This document shows, in pieces, positions 1 to 9,734 of a stretch of DNA of 64,000 nt. The DNA lies in the NCBI GenBank assembly GCA_028867755.1, contig JAGWFT010000001.1, positions 804,727 to 868,726 on the forward strand, given 5' to 3'. How positions within the stretch are numbered: position 1 is the first letter of the stretch; each line of letters begins with the position of its first letter. Made by a program: the position numbers and the translations under genes. Below the pieces are notes generated by a model. The model was not told where the DNA came from. It worked only from the letters and a program-made list of their open reading frames with translations, and made no database searches. This DNA comes from Nitrososphaerota archaeon. Lineage in GTDB: Archaea; Thermoproteota; Nitrososphaeria; Nitrososphaerales; Nitrosopumilaceae.

Positions 1-1466
1 CGATAATCTGGATGCCCCTGAGGAACTGTTCTTAGTTCTATCAAATGAACGGCTTCTCTTAGATTCAACTTCATAAAATAGTGATATTTGTATGCAAAGT
101 TTACAACGTATTGAGCCTGTTCTGGAGTCTTTTTTCCTAACAAATCAAAAACTTCTTTTGACTTGTACATGCAATCTTCAAAGTCTTTTCTTATTCCAAA
201 TGACAAGATTTCTTCTGGAATTGAAAAACCGTGGTTTGTTGTCAATAGTTGTCTTTCTAGTGTTAGGACTCGGTGCCTGTGAAAGTCTCGGAACATGCCA
301 AAATTGGTCAACAGATCAAACGTATAGTCTGTCATCTCAAATCCTCTTGGAGGCCTTTGTCTCCGGTTCGTTCGCAAACTCGAAAAAGTCTTAGTAATTT
401 TTTTTCTTGTTACCGTATTCATCTTTTTTACTTGGGATAAAATTTCTCCATATGACATTCCTGTAGACTGTTCATATAATAGCGCAGAAATTACCTTATC
501 TTCAGCTCTTTTCTCATACTCAGATTCTACAATCTCTACTAGAAAGTCCTTTGACTTTCTGCCCCTGAGGTGGTTCTTACCCAATGCACCGGCAGCATCT
601 TTTAGTTCAACGAGATAACTTTGCAAGAGTTTTCCATGTTTGTCGTCAGACCTCTTAACAAACGACTTGATCGTAGTATCTAACTCCCTGTGTATCTTTT
701 CAGCAAGTTCTCTTTCTTCTTTTAGGTTAGAAGAATATAGTATGGTGAGAAGATACTCAAACGCTCGCCCATTGCCAGTGATTCCAACATTTGTGAGAGT
801 TGAGGCAGGAAGTATGCCTCGCAGAATATCTAATGCTTTAGCCTTTACTGTGGCATTGTAAATACGTGTAGCTGATTTGACATCTTCTTCATTTTTAAGC
901 TGTGAGAATAAAACCTCCTCTCCTGAAGAATTTTTGAATTTCTGATCTCCAATTGGTTCTTTTTCCTGGATGTATGCTATCATTGGCTGTATATTTCTAG
1001 AATATACATCAAAGTCCAAATTACACGATTCTAGGTATTGATCCGCATACTTTGAACTCATTATGTCAGAGTCTTTGAAGAATTTGTATTCCCCATTGAT
1101 TTTTTTATCCCACGCTACATAACGCGAGGATTTTTCAAGATATGACAAGCCTATTCTGCGATCTTCTATTTTTTTTACTGCAATATTGGAAAGACCTTCT
1201 ATTGCAATTTGAGCCTCTCCAAGCTCTGCAACAGAGTCGTCTCCGTATTCTAACAAGACTTTGTTATAAAATTCTTCACCACGGTTTTCATTTTGTAGAA
1301 ATTCATCAAGAAATATTTTTCGCATGCTCTTGTCAGTTCTACTATATCTTGACATCAGGGCACCACGATCTACTTGTCGTGGTGTTACTACTGCAAAAAC
1401 AGAATCATCTACGTTAGAAAAGTGCTTCAGCAAGATCTCTTTTTCAGATTCGGAAAATTCTGACAA
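1..1466 (-). CDS. thyX: FAD-dependent thymidylate synthase ThyX, long tandem-domain thaumarchaeal form; 3' end runs off the window start
   Basis: Hand translation of the minus strand from TTG 1466 ([26 protein letters not shown]...LEKSSRYV...[11 protein letters not shown]...[19 protein letters not shown]) is open to position 1. RHR motif present. Absent from the ORF track because no stop lies in the window. Confidence 0.9.
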   Translation of the reverse strand, partial: MSEFSESEKEILLKHFSNVDDSVFAVVTPRQVDRGALMSRYSRTDKSMRKIFLDEFLQNENRGEEFYNKVLLEYGDDSVAELGEAQIAIEGLSNIAVKKIEDRRIGLSYLEKSSRYVAWDKKINGEYKFFKDSDIMSSKYADQYLESCNLDFDVYSRNIQPMIAYIQEKEPIGDQKFKNSSGEEVLFSQLKNEEDVKSATRIYNATVKAKALDILRGILPASTLTNVGITGNGRAFEYLLTILYSSNLKEERELAEKIHRELDTTIKSFVKRSDDKHGKLLQSYLVELKDAAGALGKNHLRGRKSKDFLVEIVESEYEKRAEDKVISALLYEQSTGMSYGEILSQVKKMNTVTRKKITKTFSSLRTNRRQRPPRGFEMTDYTFDLLTNFGMFRDFHRHRVLTLERQLLTTNHGFSIPEEILSFGIRKDFEDCMYKSKEVFDLLGKKTPEQAQYVVNFAYKYHYFMKLNLREAVHLIELRTVPQGHPDY

Positions 1467-1506
1467 CACGATTCGAAAGTAATTCAATTATAAATAATCT
1501 ACTATC

Positions 1507-1800
1507 TTATCGCCAGGTCTTTTTTCCAATTTGAATCAAGTCAGTAGATCCAGATTTCATTGCATTGTGCTTTGCTTGCCATCTTAGCAGTACTTCCTTA
1601 AACGACTCTGCTTCCGATGCATCTTCTGTATACATCAAAGTTGTTATCCATTTTCCTTCTCCTGCAGTGCCGCCCATGGAATTCATCCAAAAGTCAGTTG
1701 GCATGTTTTCGAAGGCTTTGTGATTTGATTCCCTGCTCATATCTATCCATCTTTTTGCAACAAAATGTAAGACCTCGTCTAGTTCTTCCTTTGTAATCAT
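1507..1800 (-). CDS. hypothetical protein (~97 aa)
   Basis: ORF fills the gap between thyX and cdvA; ATG at 1800 preferred over 1821; no recognisable motif. Confidence 0.55.
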   Translation of the reverse strand: MITKEELDEVLHFVAKRWIDMSRESNHKAFENMPTDFWMNSMGGTAGEGKWITTLMYTEDASEAESFKEVLLRWQAKHNAMKSGSTDLIQIGKKTWR

Positions 1801-1942
1801 TATTGGACCATTACAATGCAAGTGATTTTAAAATTACTAATTCTCTCATAAAAGCTAAGAAAACTAGCTAAAATGATCTTACAAAAATTTGAAACCTTGT
1901 TAACACTTTGCTGGTTATATAAAAAATATGAACAGGTGTCCA

Positions 1943-2764
1943 ATGAGCAAAGAAGATGTCGAGTTTATCGGCAAGCAAGTTAAGGACATGTATGGCACTT
2001 ACATTGGTAAGGTCATAGGAACTATAACCGATATAGACGGAAGTGTACAAACCGTAGGCGTCGATTGTGGCTCCGAAGGGCTAAAGCAAGTTCCATTTGA
2101 GCAACTGGTCGTTCAGGGACAGTTCGTGATTTTCATTCCTAGATGGAGATTAGATGCCCAGAGATTGTTGCGAGAAAAGGGTCTTACATTGCGCCGAATT
2201 CGCGCGCTGATAGATATCGTATCTGAGAATGACGACATGAAGGAGGATGCTGAATTGATCCATGAGAAATACAAAATGAAGTTACTAACTCTGGATGAGA
2301 CTGAAAAACAAATCAAAGAAAAACTAGAGCATAGATTGCTAGATCTTGACAATCAGTTAAAGTCAATCAGAATGCTGAGATTTGATGCCAAATTGCAAAA
2401 TAAAAGCAATGAGATATCTGATGCCAAGTATGAATCAGTCAAAGCTCATACAGTCGAAATCATAGAACACATTGAACATGAAAAAGCAGAGATAGTTAAC
2501 ATTCAACGTCGCATCAACGATCTTTCAGTTGATAATATGGAGCGAACCGAAAGTCCAAAACAGGACGTTCATTCAGCTGCCGTTTCCTACCTTGGTAAGG
2601 CGGAAACTACTCCCTCTTCTCAACCAAAGACACCAATACCTACTGGCGTGGTAGTTGATAATACGAATCCCCAAACATCAACCCCAAAACCAGTTGCTAT
2701 TGGAGCAGATGGTGAGGAAGAACCTCAAGACTCAGACTGGCTTAAGAGGATATCATCTTCTTAA
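1943..2764 (+). CDS. cdvA: cell division protein CdvA
   Basis: N-terminal PRC-barrel-like segment (FIGKQVKDMYGTYIGKV), long coiled coil, low-complexity linker, C-terminal DWLKRI peptide. Confidence 0.9.
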   Translation: MSKEDVEFIGKQVKDMYGTYIGKVIGTITDIDGSVQTVGVDCGSEGLKQVPFEQLVVQGQFVIFIPRWRLDAQRLLREKGLTLRRIRALIDIVSENDDMKEDAELIHEKYKMKLLTLDETEKQIKEKLEHRLLDLDNQLKSIRMLRFDAKLQNKSNEISDAKYESVKAHTVEIIEHIEHEKAEIVNIQRRINDLSVDNMERTESPKQDVHSAAVSYLGKAETTPSSQPKTPIPTGVVVDNTNPQTSTPKPVAIGADGEEEPQDSDWLKRISSS

Positions 2765-2845
2765 AACTGTCTGATGGGATGGGAAGATTCGCTCCTACCT
2801 CCTTTGAACGAATCTTTTTTTTAAGACAGATGCAAAACATATTCG

Positions 2846-4762
2846 TTGGATGAAACATATCGACTAGGTCTTGGAAATAATGATATTCTAACAAGAAAAA
2901 GAGCCGAACAGGACTATGTAAAATTCTGGGAAGAAGAAGCAGGTAAACTGCATTGGTTTGAAAAATGGCACAAAACACTAGAGTGGACACCACCTTTTGC
3001 AAAATGGTTTGTAAATGGAAAGATCAATGCTTCTTACAACGCACTTGACGTAGTATCTCAAACAACACCTGAAAAATCCGCCATCCTCTGGGAAGGTGAG
3101 AATGGTGAAAAACGATCTCTCACATATGGTGAGTTATTAAATTACGTATGTAAAGTTGCAAATGTCCTCAAATCTCTTGGAGTAAAAAAAGGAGACCGAG
3201 TCACTGTGTATCTGCCAATGATTCCAGAATTGATTGTTTCGTTACTTGCCTGTGCAAGAATAGGTGCTATTCATACTGTCATCTTCTCTGGATTTAGTTC
3301 GCAGTCTATACGAGACAGAGTCTATGATTCAAAATCAAAGGTCATAATTACATCAGATGGCGGTTTTAGAAGAGGCACCATAGTAAAATTAAAGCAGATT
3401 GTAGATGAAGCAATCTCTGGTCTAGATTTTGTAGAAAATGTACTGGTGTATGAGCATGCCAAGATTCCGATAACAATGGGAGAAAAAGATAAGAAATGGA
3501 GTGATCTGATACATAGTGCATCAGAATATTGCGAGCCAGAAAAACTTGATAGCGCTCATCCGCTTTACATCTTGTACACATCAGGAACTACAGGTAAACC
3601 CAAAGGGGTTCTCCATGGAACTGGCGGATATTTGGTACATCTTTACAACACATTCAAATGGGTTTTTGATATTCAAAAATCTGATATCTATTTTTGTACT
3701 GCTGATATTGGATGGGTTACAGGCCATAGCTATATCGTATATGGACCTTTAATGCATGGAGCGACTCAGGTTATGTATGAAGGAGCGCTAGTTTTTCCAA
3801 CTCCTAAGAGAATATGGGAAATAATAGAAAGATACAAAGTCACAATTCTTTACACCACTCCTACCGCACTGCGCATGTTTATGAAATATGGCGATACGCT
3901 ACCAAACTCAAAAGATCTATCTAGCCTAAGATTGCTTGGCACTGTAGGTGAACCAATAAATCCAGAGGTATGGAAATGGTATTTCAAAATAATTGGAAAA
4001 GAAAAGTGCCCAATAATAGATACTTGGTGGCAAACAGAAACTGGAGGAATCATGATCTCTCCAGTACCGGGATTGGAAACAATATCTCTTAAACCAGGCT
4101 CTGCAACACTCCCATTGCCTGGAATCAATGTTGCAATAGTTGATGAAAATGGACATGATCTCCCAACTGAAACAAAAGGCTATCTTGTAGTCAAAGATCC
4201 ATGGCCTGGAATGCTTCTTTCACTGTGGCAAGATGATGAAAAATACAAAGTTGCTTACTGGTCAAAATACAAGACAATGTACTATTCAGGAGACTATGCA
4301 ATCAAAGATAAAGATGGTTACTTTTGGATGCTGGGAAGATCAGACGATGTTCTAAAGGTGGCAGGCCACAGGCTTGGAACTGCAGAGATCGAGAGCGGAT
4401 TTGTATCCCACAAATCAGTGGCAGAAGCTGCTGTGTGCGGAATTCCACACGAAGTAAAAGGAGAATCAATAATAGTATTCATAGTACTAAAAGAAGGAAT
4501 CAGTTCAAGTAAACAATTGGAAAGCGAACTTATTCAACACATAAGAGATGTAGTTGGGCCTATTGCAACTCCTGATCAACTGTATATTGTTTCAAAATTA
4601 CCAAAGACAAGAAGCGGGAAGATAATGAGAAGACTACTAAAAGCTGTAGCAAAAGGTGAAAGTACTGGAGATGTAAGTACACTAGAAGACGAAGCTGCGG
4701 TAGATGAGATTCGTATTGCTTTAAATGAATTGCAAAAAACTATTTCGAAGAAATCAAATTAA
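2846..4762 (+). CDS. acs: acetate--CoA ligase (AMP-forming acetyl-CoA synthetase)
   Basis: YTSGTTGKPKG, DTWWQTETGG, GRSDDV and PKTRSGKIMRR motifs. Confidence 0.95.
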   Translation: MDETYRLGLGNNDILTRKRAEQDYVKFWEEEAGKLHWFEKWHKTLEWTPPFAKWFVNGKINASYNALDVVSQTTPEKSAILWEGENGEKRSLTYGELLNYVCKVANVLKSLGVKKGDRVTVYLPMIPELIVSLLACARIGAIHTVIFSGFSSQSIRDRVYDSKSKVIITSDGGFRRGTIVKLKQIVDEAISGLDFVENVLVYEHAKIPITMGEKDKKWSDLIHSASEYCEPEKLDSAHPLYILYTSGTTGKPKGVLHGTGGYLVHLYNTFKWVFDIQKSDIYFCTADIGWVTGHSYIVYGPLMHGATQVMYEGALVFPTPKRIWEIIERYKVTILYTTPTALRMFMKYGDTLPNSKDLSSLRLLGTVGEPINPEVWKWYFKIIGKEKCPIIDTWWQTETGGIMISPVPGLETISLKPGSATLPLPGINVAIVDENGHDLPTETKGYLVVKDPWPGMLLSLWQDDEKYKVAYWSKYKTMYYSGDYAIKDKDGYFWMLGRSDDVLKVAGHRLGTAEIESGFVSHKSVAEAAVCGIPHEVKGESIIVFIVLKEGISSSKQLESELIQHIRDVVGPIATPDQLYIVSKLPKTRSGKIMRRLLKAVAKGESTGDVSTLEDEAAVDEIRIALNELQKTISKKSN

Positions 4763-5253
4763 ATTGAGATTATCTGTAGTTTGGAATTTGCTGTTATGTT
4801 AAATTTACTAACAAAACCTGCAGCCACCTCTAACACATATTTTGCCGGTTTGCCTCCCCCATTATCAACTGTGCATGTTGCAGTTTCAAGTGCTGATTGG
4901 CATGGTTGTACATATTTTGCAATGTGTACCACATTTCCATCGCTGTCAAACCAAATTACATCTAGAGGAAACTGCATATTTAACATCCATATGGGTATGA
5001 CTTGAGCATTATCCATGACAAAAATCATTCCTTGGTCGTACGGTAATTGATCTTGAAACATCAGTCCTCTAGTTCTCTGTGCATCAGTTTCTGCTATCTG
5101 GACATCTAGTGTTACGTTATCTATCTTCACAGTACCTTTTGGAAACTTGACCTCAGCAAGTTTGGAATCTGCAGGAATTGTTAATACTCCAACGATGCCA
5201 ATTATTACTGCTGTGATGGCTATTGGAATTAATACCTGGCCTCTTGTTGCCAC
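4759..5253 (-). CDS. DUF192 family membrane-anchored protein
   Basis: N-terminal TM; RTRGLMF, GMIFV, WMLNMQFPLDVIW, YVLEVAAG motifs. Confidence 0.9.
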   Translation of the reverse strand: MATRGQVLIPIAITAVIIGIVGVLTIPADSKLAEVKFPKGTVKIDNVTLDVQIAETDAQRTRGLMFQDQLPYDQGMIFVMDNAQVIPIWMLNMQFPLDVIWFDSDGNVVHIAKYVQPCQSALETATCTVDNGGGKPAKYVLEVAAGFVSKFNITANSKLQIISI

Positions 5254-5429
5254 AAGAGCATATTGACTACAACTAATTAAAAACTAATGGAAACCCCTGT
5301 TGTATGGAAAAACATGATAAATCTGCTAATTTGATTTATTTCTCACCTGACTGTGTTTATGATCAACAGCTGCTAAAAGTAGATGCTGCATCATTCTCAC
5401 AATGTGTCAAAAATAGATTGCAAATAATC

Positions 5430-5770
5430 GAAAGATCCATATGGATGTTTCACGGGAGACTAAGGCACCGTGCTTTTTTGTGAAGTTGTAAATATGCTTT
5501 CATTCCCTAAGATTGGGGTATCTTTTTTCTTTGAACCTCTGAATACTTTTTCACGGTCTCTAATTTTACCGTTTAATCTTTCCATCTTGTTTGATCTTCG
5601 GTTCTGTAAAAAAATTTAACAATAGAGGTTTTTTCTGCAAACTTGTTACCACAAGAAGTTCTGTATTGAACTTTTTCTTAGGTATAGGAACTGTGGTAGA
5701 AATTATGTTATCAGAAAATATACCTATTCCCCCCACTAGAATTTTTCATCCCTCGATAACCCGACAGAAC
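5430..5770 (-). mobile_element. degenerate IS relic, IS6-like (archaeal Zn-ribbon plus DDE type) transposase fragments
   Basis: Minus strand reads NKMERLNGKIRDREKVFRGSKKKDTPIL, then frameshifted GMKAY-YNFTKKHGAL (DDE C-terminus). An upstream KVQYRTSCGNKF is a decayed Zn ribbon. IS6-type terminus GGTTCTGT at 5770-5763. Confidence 0.7.
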
Positions 5771-5817
5771 CTTAGATAGAAAAGTTTTAATCATCCTAGA
5801 TAGGTAGTTGCATCGTA

Positions 5818-7095
5818 TTGAATCTGGATAGAACTTTTGCGATCTTAGTATTAACGGTGGCTTTTGTCATGATCACGCCAAGTCTTCTTATACATGCTAA
5901 TGCTTTAACCCAAATCATTCATGTTAATGAACAAACCTCAGTAACCCTTTCAGGTTTGACCTCTGCGGATCCGGATGGAGACGCACTGACTTATGCATGG
6001 CAACAAACCGATGGTCCAGCTGTAAAACTGGATAGTGCAACCAATCCTACCATAACATTTACGACACCAGCTGTTCCAGCCGGTCAAATACAGTCACTGA
6101 CTTTTCAACTCACAGTAGATGACGGTCACGGTGCATATGATCACACCACCTTGGTTGTTCTAGTACAACACGTTAATCATAATCCAATCTTAGTGATGGA
6201 CAAAGATATCACAGTTATGGAAGGATCTCCTGTAACAATATCTGGAAGTGCAACAGATCCAGATAATGACAAATTGACATACTCTTGGGGACAATTCTCT
6301 GGTACTACTATCCCATTATCCGCTACCAATAGTCCTACTTTGTCATTTACAGCACCAATGATAGACCCGAAATCAAGTGATAAACTCTTATTCCTACTCC
6401 AGGCAACAGATCCATACGGCGGGAAAGCTATAGGGCAGATCCAAGTTACAGTCCTAAGTAACCCGACACAGCTTGCAACATTATCATGTGCAGATATTAC
6501 TGCACATGCAGGTGACCAAGTAACATTGTCGCCGATTATTAGCAATCCAAGCAACGGACCATTGCCGTCATACTACTTTTCTCAAATCAGAGGCACCAAT
6601 GTAGTCTTTACATCTGATTCCTCAAATCCATCGTTTACTGTGCCGCAGCCTGTGACGACTAGAGCTACTCCAGAATACCTTGCAGGTCAATTACAGTTTG
6701 TCTTGTTTGTCAATGACGGTGTTACCTATCTTCCAGAATGTTGGTTAAATGTCAACATTGCACAACCACCACAGCAAACCAGTACTCCGCCAGTTGCAAA
6801 TGCCGGTCCAGCCGAGACTGTAGAACACAATGAATCAGTAACATTGGATGGAACAGCTAGTACAGGAGACAACTTACAATACGTGTGGACACAGACTAGC
6901 GGTGATCCAGTACACTTGATAGCGGATAAAACAGCACAACCAAACTTTGTTGCGCCTGATGTTGCTATAGGTCAGACCAAGACTTTGACATTCCAACTTA
7001 CAGTAAGTAATGACGGTGGCAGTAACAGCGATACAGTTACTATAACGGTAGAAAATCCAAACAGTGCACCAACAGCTAAAATCACTGTACAATAG
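5818..7095 (+). CDS. secreted PKD/K319L-like Ig repeat protein, four domains
   Basis: Signal peptide; repeated VTLxG...DPDxDxLTYxWxQxxG...FTAP...FxLTVxD motifs. Confidence 0.9.
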   Translation: MNLDRTFAILVLTVAFVMITPSLLIHANALTQIIHVNEQTSVTLSGLTSADPDGDALTYAWQQTDGPAVKLDSATNPTITFTTPAVPAGQIQSLTFQLTVDDGHGAYDHTTLVVLVQHVNHNPILVMDKDITVMEGSPVTISGSATDPDNDKLTYSWGQFSGTTIPLSATNSPTLSFTAPMIDPKSSDKLLFLLQATDPYGGKAIGQIQVTVLSNPTQLATLSCADITAHAGDQVTLSPIISNPSNGPLPSYYFSQIRGTNVVFTSDSSNPSFTVPQPVTTRATPEYLAGQLQFVLFVNDGVTYLPECWLNVNIAQPPQQTSTPPVANAGPAETVEHNESVTLDGTASTGDNLQYVWTQTSGDPVHLIADKTAQPNFVAPDVAIGQTKTLTFQLTVSNDGGSNSDTVTITVENPNSAPTAKITVQ

Positions 7096-7279
7096 ATTTA
7101 GCTTATTACATAACTTGTTATTCAAGTCCAAGAATATGGTGATCTACTACAATCCTTCAGATTTTTTATCATGATCTTTTTTGAATTTCACTGAGCAACC
7201 ATTACAAAGATTTGGTTTGTAATAATTTTAATTTATATGAAAAGCTTATAACCCCCCAATAACTCACTCATAAACACAC

Positions 7280-8578
7280 ATGTCGGAGAGATCTTGCATT
7301 ATTAATAAACATAGAATTTTTACTGCATGTGTTGTAATGTTCGCCGCAGCAGCATTATTTGTTCCACTTATCTCATCTCATAATATGGCGTTTGCTCAAA
7401 CAGGAGGTATCAGTAGTCCAGCTGTAGTGAACGAACAAACCCAAGTAACACTTTCAGGTGTTAATTCCTTTACCCCTGTTGCAGGAAATACTCTTGTAAA
7501 ATATTATTGGCAACAGATGTTTGGCGACCCTGTCAGTTTTCTAAACGGGGGGCAAACCATAACATTTACAACACCATCAGTTTCAGCTGGCGATACTAAA
7601 TATCTGAGGTTTGCCTTGACGGTTACAGATAACCACGGTGCGACAAGTAGTACCGCATTTAATCTTCAAGTTGTACACACTAATCACCCTCCTACCGTTG
7701 TAACTCAACATGAGCTCATAGTGACTGAATCTTCTCAAGTAAGTTTAACGGGTACTGCAACAGATCCTGACAATGATGCACTGACATACCAATGGAAGCA
7801 AATTTCAGGAAGTGCTGTAACATTATCAGCAGCAGATCAACCTGTTGCTACATTTACTGCACCATCTGTTGGCTCGCAACCGTCTACGACTTTGCAGTTT
7901 ACACTCACAGCATATGACGGCCATGGCGGACAGGGTTCTGATTCAGAAACCGTTATAGTCATGAGTAATAACTATTACAACCAGCCTTCAATTCAATGTG
8001 GACCTGTCATTGGAGGAGCGCAAGGATCTCAAGTCACTTTGCCAGCAACTGTAAGCAATCCATCTAATACTCCACTGACCTATTCGTGGAAACAGATCTC
8101 TGGTTTACCATCTCAAATATCATCAGCAGGTACATTAAACCCATCAGTAACAATTCCTAATGGCCCTGATTCTTCTGAAATTGGATTTCTGTTGACCGTC
8201 TCTGCTGGTAAGACTGTGATTGGATCTTGTGACAGCTTTGTTTATACTCAACTAGGATATTCCTTGCCACCGATTGCTAATGCTGGTCCAGATAGAACTG
8301 TAAATGGAAATGATCAAGTAACATTAGACGGCTCTAAGAGTACTGGATACGGTTATCTGTCATATTCTTGGAGACAAGTTTCAGGAGTCCAGGTAACTCT
8401 ACTTAACACAAATTCGGCCACCCCACAATTTGTTGCACCGGATGTCCCAGTTGGCAGCACGGACACACTTGTCTTTGAACTTGGTGTAAGCAACGGATAT
8501 GGAAGAGGCGCAGACCAAGTTCAAATAACAGTCATTCATCCAAACGTTCCTCCGACTGCAGTAATTACAATGAAATAA
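7280..8578 (+). CDS. secreted PKD/K319L-like Ig repeat protein, four domains; paralog of 5818..7095
   Basis: Signal peptide ending AFA; same four-domain layout; PPIANAGPDRTV motif. Confidence 0.9.
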   Translation: MSERSCIINKHRIFTACVVMFAAAALFVPLISSHNMAFAQTGGISSPAVVNEQTQVTLSGVNSFTPVAGNTLVKYYWQQMFGDPVSFLNGGQTITFTTPSVSAGDTKYLRFALTVTDNHGATSSTAFNLQVVHTNHPPTVVTQHELIVTESSQVSLTGTATDPDNDALTYQWKQISGSAVTLSAADQPVATFTAPSVGSQPSTTLQFTLTAYDGHGGQGSDSETVIVMSNNYYNQPSIQCGPVIGGAQGSQVTLPATVSNPSNTPLTYSWKQISGLPSQISSAGTLNPSVTIPNGPDSSEIGFLLTVSAGKTVIGSCDSFVYTQLGYSLPPIANAGPDRTVNGNDQVTLDGSKSTGYGYLSYSWRQVSGVQVTLLNTNSATPQFVAPDVPVGSTDTLVFELGVSNGYGRGADQVQITVIHPNVPPTAVITMK

Positions 8579-8810
8579 AGGCAACATCACAACCAAAAAT
8601 TAGCCCGAGTTTCATAAAAACAAATACTGTAAAAATTAACCAACAATCGTTTTATGGCAACATGGTGCGAATCATCCTGATGTGTGTCTATGACCTCATG
8701 ATAACGTGATACTGTATCATCTTATCTGCCTGTGGAATCTAATCTACGATTCTGAAAAATTGACGATTTCTACATGGTTAGACAAAATCAAAAAATCGTC
8801 ATATTGCGGT

Positions 8811-9155
8811 CTATCTTATCTTATCTTTAAAGTCTGAAATTCCGCTTGCAAAGTTTTTTGTCTCATGTCCAATGTCTGAAATTGTAGATCCGTTGTATAC
8901 TCTGTCCAAATACTTACCAGCTATGATCATGGGCACACCTATGAAGGTGGTAAAAGGTTCTGGTGAAAACAGCAGGATAAAGCCTATCTTTTGTATCTTC
9001 TTGCCGGGTGCAGGCGCACGTTGAAGCGAACCTAGCGCACGCGCTGTTCCGCAGTCGTCAAGGGTTCCAAGACTGGAGTACACCTCAGCCCGTCTTTTGA
9101 TGGACTCTCTCATTTTTTTAATTTTATGAATATTCTTCCTAATTCCCTCATTCAT
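8811..9155 (-). CDS. hypothetical protein with a hydrophobic hairpin
   Basis: ORF with GFILLFSPEPFTTFIGVPMIIAG segment; fills the intergenic space. Confidence 0.7.
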   Translation of the reverse strand: MNEGIRKNIHKIKKMRESIKRRAEVYSSLGTLDDCGTARALGSLQRAPAPGKKIQKIGFILLFSPEPFTTFIGVPMIIAGKYLDRVYNGSTISDIGHETKNFASGISDFKDKIR

Positions 9156-9266
9156 ACGTGTCTCAAGTTTTGAGATTTCTAGTTAAGATTCCATGCAAAA
9201 GATCAATCACAATAAGGTAAAGATTTCTGATCAAAGGATTAGGTTATATCGCTTTGAGTATAACCA

Positions 9267-9734
9267 TTGGTTTATAACATGAAAGAAAAACGTGGTGAAC
9301 GGCTAGAATCTATCAAAGAGGCCAATAAATCAGCCAAGGGAGATTATTCAAGGATGGAGGACTATCTAGAAGTAATATCAGAACTTGTAGAGCTAAAAGG
9401 ATATGCAAATACTATTGACATTTCAAGATATCTAAACGTTAGTGCCCCTTCTGTTACAAAAATGCTACAAAGACTAGATGAGAACGGCTACTTGGAATAT
9501 GAAAAGTACAAGGGAATAAACCTCACTACAAAAGGCAATGCAGTGGCAGATACGATAAGGCAGAAACATGGTATTTTACTTGAATTTTTCAAGCTGCTTG
9601 GAATAAATCATGAAATAGCAAATCAAGACGCCGAAGGAATTGAACATCATTTAAACCAACAAACTATCAGACAGCTTAGGAAATTCATTACATTTCTAAA
9701 AGAAAATCCGCAAGTTTTAGAAAATTTTCAATAG
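9267..9734 (+). CDS. DtxR/MntR family metal-dependent transcriptional regulator
   Basis: MEDYLEVI, VSAPSVTKML wHTH, AEGIEHH metal site; start could be ATG 9279. Confidence 0.93.
   Translation: MVYNMKEKRGERLESIKEANKSAKGDYSRMEDYLEVISELVELKGYANTIDISRYLNVSAPSVTKMLQRLDENGYLEYEKYKGINLTTKGNAVADTIRQKHGILLEFFKLLGINHEIANQDAEGIEHHLNQQTIRQLRKFITFLKENPQVLENFQ

Noticed and set aside
92-1417. Plus-strand ORFs 92..394, 640..861 and 1142..1417
   Set aside because: Antisense shadows of thyX, which is open on the minus strand from 1466 to the window edge.
1943-2764. cdvA without adjacent cdvB/cdvC
   Set aside because: Scattered cdv genes are the usual arrangement in Nitrosopumilales; not unusual.
8707-8801. 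Palindrome TGATAC-T-GTATCA (8707-8719) and inverted repeat TGACGATTT/AAATCGTCA (8761-8801)
   Set aside because: Short, single-copy, between convergent genes; could be terminator-related or chance, and nothing further supports them.
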